NCBI GenBank assembly: GCA_951406725.2
Contig: OX597814.1
Location: forward strand, 112,592,001 to 112,656,000
Reading direction: 5' to 3'
DNA from: Octopus vulgaris
Lineage: Eukaryota
Length of the DNA stretch: 64,000 bases
The notes below the pieces were generated by a model. It had not been told where the DNA came from and searched no databases. It saw only the letters and a program-made list of their open reading frames with translations. Positions within the stretch are counted from its first letter, which is position 1. The number at the start of each line of letters is the position of its first letter. This document shows, piece after piece, positions 55,270-64,000 of this stretch. Both the position numbers and the translations under genes were made by a program.

Positions 55270-55856
55270 AGTTATTGACTACAGGGAGCTAAACATAGAA
55301 GAGACAAACAAGGACAGACAAAGGGATTAAGTTGGTTACATCGACTCCAGTGCGAAACTGGTACTTATTTAATTGACCCCGAAATGATGAAAGGCAAAGT
55401 CGACCTCGACGGAAATTGAACACAGAACGTAACGGCCAACGAAATACCTATTTCTTTATTATCCACAAGGGGCTAAACATAGAGGGGATAAAGAAGGACA
55501 GACAAACGGATTAAGTCGATTATATCGACCTCAATGCGTAACTGGTACTTAATTTATCGACACCGAAAGGATGAAAGGCAAAGTCGACCTCGGCAGAATT
55601 TGAACTCAGAACGTAGCGGTAGACGAAATATCTATTTCTTTACTACCCGTAAGGGGCTACAAACAGAGGGGACAAACAAGAACAGACAAACGGATTAAGT
55701 CGATTATATCGACCCCAGTGCGTAACTGGTACTTATTTAATCGACCCCGAAAGGATGAAAGGCAAAGTCGACCTCGGCGGAATTTGAACTCAGAACGTAA
55801 CGGCAGACGAAATACGGCTACGCATTTCACCCGGCGTGCAAACGTTTCTGCCAGCA
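55270..55856 (-). mobile_element. SINE family B head-to-tail trimer
   Basis: One head followed by three ~185-bp body/tail units. Confidence 0.85.
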
Positions 55857-56614
55857 CCCTGGCCTGGTAGTTAGGGTGTTGAACTCATAATCGTAAGATT
55901 ATGGTTTCGATTCCTGGCCTGGACGAGAGTTGTGTCCTTCAGCAAAACATTTCATTCCACCTTGCTCCAGTCTACACAGCTGGTAAGAATAAATATTCCT
56001 GTGACAGACCGGGGTCTTATCCTAGGGATAAATATATAGTTGCCACAGAAACCGGGGAACCGAACCTTATGAGTCCATAGGGCTCGAGAAGGATGCTTTA
56101 TGCTTTATTCCTGCCTTGGGCTATTCTGAGTTATTTCCCGTGGCTCATTTTCGTCTTTTGTTATGCAAATTCCTTCCGCCATATAAAAGTTCCAATTTGT
56201 TTTGTTTATATTCAAGTGTCTCACCTGCTAGAAATAAAGTAACTCAACTGCTGTGCTGATGATGCATGTTGAAGCAAAAACACAAGGCGATAGATGTCCC
56301 TGGGGTTTCTAGAAAATCAATCAGTCTCTTCCCTAATGGAAACACATTAAGCGGGAATTAATTTCGTTGATTAATAACCGAGCTCAAATCCTGCCAGTCA
56401 GCTTCGGCATTTCATTTCATCCCACCGTATTTCCTATGGATCAATAAACTACAGCTGCCCCAATACCTCATGTATAAAAGTACAAATGATAATCTGAATA
56501 TAAATTTATACAGGGCCAAGCGGTCACCAGCTGATAGGGGTCCACCGAAACCCAAGTAACGTAGGGGACAGAAACAGCAAGGCTTTTCGCTTAGTATCTA
56601 GGACGATCAATAGT

Positions 56615-56818
56615 TTCAAATTTTGGAACAAAACCAGAAATTTCGGGTGAGGGCTAAGTCGGTTTCATCGTCCCCAGAGCTCAACTGGCATTTATTTTAC
56701 CAACTCTGAAACGATGAAACGCAAACTCAACCTTGACTGAATTTGAATTCAGAACGTAAAAGCAGACAAAACTAAGCATTTTTTCCAGCATGCTAGTGAT
56801 TCTGCCATTTCGCTGCCT
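56615..56818 (-). mobile_element. SINE family B, diverged
   Basis: GAATTTGAATTCAGAACGTAAA..GATTCTGCCA. Confidence 0.65.
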
Positions 56819-58028
56819 AAGTATTATTAATAATCTAAATATATTAATGATCCTTAATTGAGATCCGTTGGGCAAGTACGGCTTGCATGACCCTGGCGTT
56901 TGGCGAACGGTCTGAAAACGGTAAACTTCAATCCATTAAAAATCTCTTTTCTCATCAATAATGTCGACCTCGATTGTTTAGAACGTACCTGTATTTAAGT
57001 AATTCAATGGCGAAAAGTAATTGTTTCAACACTAATTTGAAAAGGTTTTAATACGGTCTAATTGGTAAAATGTCTTGCTCGGAGCTAGGCCAACGTATGG
57101 TGCTACACTTTAAATAACATTAATAAAACCATCAGCTTTCGACATTTACAAAGCGAATGACAAGTTGTGTAAGATATAATTCACTTCGTTGTTTGCAATT
57201 GAATTGAGAAAGACCTCTCTGCCATTTGCCTTCTTTCTCTCTTTCCTGTAACTTCTTTTTCCTTCTTCTACCGTTAGAGAGCTTGTATGATTAGCTTTAG
57301 TTATAGGTCAACGTTCGCTTACCTGGATATACAAATCTTCACACATACACACACACAAACACACACACACAGAATCAAATGCTAGCAAACTAACGTCTGC
57401 TCACCATACATGTCCACGGAGAGCATATCTTTACATGTCTGTATATCTTTCTGTCTATCATTCACTTTGTATGTGCACATGTGGTCCCATGTTATGATTA
57501 AAGCTGGAAACAAGAGCTCAATATTACTAATATATAAAACACGAGTGAAATAAAGTGACTTGTTCTGGCCCCTTAGGCTTGCTTTAATTTCTCTTCTATT
57601 TTCTTGTCTTCTTTCATCAATTCGGACATATTTCCATATCCTAGACCCTGGACTTCTATAGAATAGACATCTTCACATGTTTCATTAAGCATTCGTAAAA
57701 TCTCAACTTGTTCAAATGATCAATTCTGGGCAAACAGAGTTCATTAAGTGCCCCGAGCCAGACAGCCAAACCAACAGAGAGCAGCACCACGTCATTGGCT
57801 GAAAAATACCGACAACACGATCACACTCTGCCCCGTTATTTAACACCTTCACCTCTTTCCCCCGCATCGTCTTCAATCCCTTTACTGCTTCCCATCAAAA
57901 GATTAACTTTTATTTTTGAGCAGTAAAGCTAGCTGTTTATTAATCTTTCCTATCTTGCTAGAATCCATTTACTGCTTTAATCCATCATGGCGGAGTTTCT
58001 TTCTCATTTTTACCTTTATATTTTTTAA

Positions 58029-58130
<102 letters not shown>

Positions 58131-58697
58131 TTATTTTTATTCCTGTCCATCTCCCGAAACCTCTATATACACTCTCTTTTTATTTTAACCTCAACCATTC
58201 TTTTTTTTTTATTTAGTTTCGTCGATTTTTTTATTGTTTTTTTTTACTTTCATCAACAACTGGTTGACCGGCCCTCAAAGTCTGTTGTTTGTGAACATAG
58301 CTTAGCAGATTTGGCTTTCAATAACAGAAGACCCAATGGAAAAATTGTGCATTCTAATGAAAAGCAGCTCTTGTACCGACAGCTAATCAGAACAAAGACA
58401 CAAGTTTTTCACGCTTGTTTACAGTGGACCGTAATGTTTTCACCGCCATCTTGCTGTCTAAACTTAATATTTGCACACAAACTCGTTTCTATAACGAAAT
58501 CATTCTTTTTCTCTTTTTTTTTTTTTTTTGAGTTTGTTAGACTTTTTTGTTGTCTTGTTTTTTTGTTCTTTCAATTTGGAATGAGAGTGTAAAGTAATTC
58601 CAGCTTTCTTTCAATTTCCCTTTGCTGGATGTCTTCAATAATCTGTTAATATCATCGGCTAAATAAAACGAAATCTTATTTCCTCACCTCACAAGGT

Positions 58698-59155
<458 letters not shown>

Positions 59156-59248
59156 TCATATCCATTTGTAATTTTGAAACACTCATAGGAATTTTATTGG
59201 CCGAAGGAAACGGAAGCAACCCGTTTTCCATTTAGGAAAAGTTTACAG

Positions 59249-59291
<43 letters not shown>

Positions 59292-59757
59292 TTCATGTAT
59301 GTATATACATGTATATTTACATAGATAGATAGAGAGATAGAGAGATAGATACGTATATATATATATTTGTACGTTGAATATATATATGTATGCATACATA
59401 TATTACTTTCTCTCTCTCTCACTCCCGCTCTCTCTCTCTCTCTCCCTCTCTCCATCTCTCTCTCTTCCGTGTATTTACCGAGCTATCAATACAAATGTGT
59501 TATCAACTCGTCAAAAGTCTTGTCTCGTCACATGAATATCACATTTATCACTAAATAACTCAATAATTGAAGAAAGGTCTCCTCGTACGTTTCGGGTCCT
59601 TTCCCTAACTTCTTGACTCACGATTATTGTTTTGTTTTTTTCTTGCCCTCTCACATATGGAGCCCTTTCTTTTACCAATTTTGAGACTAAACCCTCAGCA
59701 AGGAAATATACGGGGCTTATATTCGTGCACAAGCACACACATACGTCTATTGTAATC

Positions 59758-59789
<32 letters not shown>

Positions 59790-59838
59790 TGTGTGTTCTG
59801 TGTGAGTGTACGTGCTGTGTTATATATATATGTATATA

Positions 59839-59914
<76 letters not shown>

Positions 59915-59917
<3 letters not shown>

Positions 59918-60249
59918 GAGTGGCTGTCTGGTAAGTAGCTTGCTTACAAACAACATGGTTCCGGGTTCAGTCCTTCTGCGTGGGATCTTGGGCAAGTGTC
60001 TTCTACTATAGCCTCGGGCCGACCAAAAGCCTTCTGAGTGGATTTGGTAGACGGAAACTGAAAGAATCCCGTCGCATATATATGTGTGTGTGTATTTATG
60101 TATCTGTGTTTGTCCCTCACCATGGTTTGATAACCGATGTTGGTGTGTTCACGTCCTCGTAACGTAGCAGTTCGGCAAAATAGACCGATAGAATAAGTAC
60201 TAGGCTTACAAAGAATCAGTCTTGGAGTCGATTTGCTCGACTAAAGGCG
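59915..60249 (+). mobile_element. SINE family A
   Basis: Head plus body; tail truncated. Confidence 0.85.
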
Positions 60250-61480
60250 ACACACACACAGTCGCTCACACACGCGAGAAAGCACATAAATTCAAAACAA
60301 CATGGGAAAAATAGTACTCGAATACCGAACGTAGAGTCATATGCTTTTTAATTGGTCACAATTGTCCGACGAACGGAAACGTGAAACTCTTGTGTTTTTG
60401 CAGCTTTAATGAAAGAAGAGGCCTTCCATCTGATCAGTCTCCAACTGATCCGGCTGCATCTCCGAGTGAGCGAACCGAGCCCAATGATGTTATCCAAACA
60501 TCTTGCTGACCTATTATCAAAAATCAATCCGACCATGCCCATCCTATCTTTTTAAAAGATGGCTGGGTGCAGTTTGAGTGAGATTTAGCAAATATTTCTA
60601 TCCGATAGAGCGATTGAAGAGAGGTTTCTTTTCTTTGGATCCATTCTTCAGATATTTTATGTTAACGGTGACAATATTCCAACAATGGAATATTTCTCAA
60701 TAGAGTCTTTATAATAATCTTTTTGTAGTAAAGATTGTTTGCCAAGATAACATGGCAGTCCTGGTTTAGGACGAATGTTGCTGTAATTTAGCCCCATGAG
60801 ATATCGTCTCCAACTGGCTATACGACATGATCTGGGTCCCTATATTTTCGAACAAGAGAATCTAGCACCCCCACTCAGCCCAAAACAATATCTGTGTATC
60901 GCGATTTCCGGGTTATTTCCCTCGTTGTAAGATTTAAAAATAGTAATTTTCTAATAATCTTTTTGATTTAAGCACATTAAAATGTTGGTTACCCGATTAA
61001 AGCAGGTTCCTTGATTCCCATGGTCTATAAGTGATCGAGATCACAACATTCCCTCTTATTAGGGCTCCAGTTCTTCGTAGGGTTACGCATATACAGTTGA
61101 ACGGACTGGAATAACATGAAATGAAATGCCCTGCTCAAGAAAACAATGCATTGCCCGGTCCGGGAATCGAAACCACTACCTTGCGACTGCGAATACAGAA
61201 TACCCTAACTACAAGACCATACGCCTTCGCTTTAACGTAGAAGTCTTCATTTAAAAAAAACGCCAAAATGGATTATCTTTACTCAAAGAAGCAAAGAGGG
61301 AACCGCAATACGGCCACTCGATATGCTAAAAATAACAGCAAACATTCCCTCAAATTACACCCTACCCAAAGGACACATTAGACCAGTGTTTCTCAACCAC
61401 TTTTTACCAAGAGACCTCTTTGATTACTTTTTTACTTGGGTGGGACCTCATAGCCATTCGATGTTTAAATAAAATTATAA

Positions 61481-61596
61481 AGGCGGCGAGCAGGCAGAAT
61501 CGTTAGAACACCGGGCAGAATACTTAGTGGTATTGCGTCAGTCGCTATGTCCTGAATTCAAATTCCGCCGAGGTCGACTTTCGGAGTCGGCTTTCA
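61481..61596 (+). mobile_element. SINE family B head
   Basis: AGGCGGCGAGCAGGCAGAATCGTTAG..TTCAAATTCCGCCGAGGTCGAC. Confidence 0.75.
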
Positions 61597-61597
61597 T

Positions 61598-62055
61598 TAT
61601 AGAGTGTCCTAGCTACAACGTCATGTCTCATCGGTAGATAATACCGTGATGACATTTTCGGACAACTGTTTATGATGTGGAAGATATCTTCAGTGTGAAC
61701 TCGGTTGTCACATTTTTCCTGCATCTTTATCCCCTTTGTGCATCAAGTGCTTGGTTGATATTTCCTGTTCCTGGATTGCAATCGCATACCCTTCGAAGTG
61801 GGAGGTAATAATATGGCAATTGGTCCATGATAAACTGCTTTGATGATCGATGTTACTATCATCACGGAGCTTTCTAGTAATATATCCATGCATAGTCTTC
61901 TGCCCATCCTTTCATCTATTGATACGTTGCGGTAGAGTCGTGCGACTTCTTGGGCATGTATTCTAAGTTATCAGGCAAAGTGTTTTGGTGAAGGAGCTGC
62001 ATTCCAAGTCTTATGATGTTATCAGCCTCATGAATGCAAACTTTTGTCTCGTGAA
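61598..62055 (-). mobile_element. R4/Dong-like element fragment
   Basis: MHGYI...FEGYAIAIQEQEISTK followed by EDIFHIINSCPKMSSRYYLPMRHDVV. Confidence 0.75.
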
Positions 62056-62214
62056 TGTTTAAAAAAAAGATGGGTGAATGTAGCAAGGATGACACGTATG
62101 AATGACGGAGCCAGCTTGAGCATAATCCTATGAACAAAAAAAAAAAAAGAGACGAAAGGAAAAAAGAGAGCCACTTACTGTAATGTGTTTTCTTTTTGCA
62201 TGACACTATTGCCC

Positions 62215-62462
62215 AAGATTCCCGTGGTCTTTTCCTTAAGCTTTTCTATCCACGGGCAAACCTAATCTGTTTTCCCTTTTTACATTGACATTTCTGTGAT
62301 ACACGATCCCTATTGATCGACCCCACTTTTTTTTTCACGATTCCTTTTGATCGGAATTCGACCTTTTTTTTCTTTTTGTTTTCTCCTCTTCTTCCCAAAA
62401 AGAAAAGCTCTACTTTGTATTTTGTCCCTTCTGTGTTCAGCCCTGCGTTGCCAATAAAGAAA
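62215..62462 (+). mobile_element. Putative LINE 3' UTR ending in AATAAAGAAA followed by (TCTA)n
   Basis: Homologous reverse-complement pieces at 40717-40875 and 4937-5060, each abutting (GATA)n. Confidence 0.55.
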
Positions 62463-63102
<640 letters not shown>

Positions 63103-63695
63103 AATTACTCTGGTTTATTTGTTTCTCTCCTTTTCTTCCCTTTCTCTCTCTCCATCCCTCTCTCTCTCTCAATCTCTCTATCTCTATGTCTATCTCTCTA
63201 TCACACCATCATCCCATCAATTCATCATCTCATCATCAGGCACCGTGCATAAAGCATTCCTTCGGTGAAATATCACAACAGCTAACAGGACGACCATGTT
63301 CAATTACTGAAAGTAAATTACATTTCCGAAGTTTTATGTGAAGCTTCATGTGAGATGTCAGAGCGTTATCTGTAGGGACCAACCACGCTGATCTCCCCTG
63401 TTCCCTTCTTTACACCACCAACACCAACACCACCATCACCGCCGCAAGCAATACTAACATGGCCGCCGTCGCTATTAACCGTCTTTCTTTTTTCTCTTTC
63501 TCTGTCTCTATTTCTGTCTCTTTATCTCTTTCTCTCTCACTCTCATTCTCTCTCTGTATTTGAAAATGGAGAGAATTAACAGAAAAAGAGACAAAACTAA
63601 ATGAATATTCACAGTAAATAGCTTTAAAACTAAACGAAATGAATATCAATAGATATGGAGAGGTCCTGAGTGAAAACTCAAACTTTACTATCTGA

Positions 63696-63742
<47 letters not shown>

Positions 63743-64000
63743 ACACACACACACTCACACGCACGCGCACACGCAGACATGCGCACACACATTCTCTCTC
63801 TTTCTTTGTCACTATATTTCTCTACCTGTGTCTTCCACTCACTCTCTCTTTCTTTGACTACGTTTCTCTCTCTCACTTACTCTTGTTCTTTCCCACACAT
63901 ATACATGCACATGTTTGTCTGTGTGTCGGTGTATCTGTGTAAATGCATGCATATATATACACATACACATACGTTCACACTTACAATCGTATATATATAT

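Noticed and set aside
55270-55856. CRISPR-like array
   Set aside because: Whole units repeat with no unique spacers; eukaryotic SINE multimer.

Overview
AT-rich eukaryotic window saturated with microsatellites. The SINE types and repeat load suggest a cephalopod, probably Octopus (inference). I see no convincing host protein-coding exon, and nearly all long ORFs in the track are translated microsatellites. The window contains: (1) a full-length but frameshifted 6.75-kb Helitron (42420-49169, minus) with intact A|TC...hairpin-CTAG|T ends, plus a probable non-autonomous Helitron (24457-26003); (2) a cluster of R4/Dong-like RLE retrotransposon fragments in (AAT)n arrays; (3) RTE and CR1-like LINE fragments, Tc1/mariner and hAT remnants; (4) dozens of tRNA-derived SINEs. 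The most striking unexplained structure is a set of short non-coding elements, mostly beside (TA)n tracts. Many are long fold-back inverted repeats, and they carry about 15 type I hammerhead-ribozyme motifs from several unrelated sequence families, with palindromic stem III and compensatory base changes between copies. This fits Penelope-like pLTR or retrozyme remnants. All folds were read by eye, not computed.
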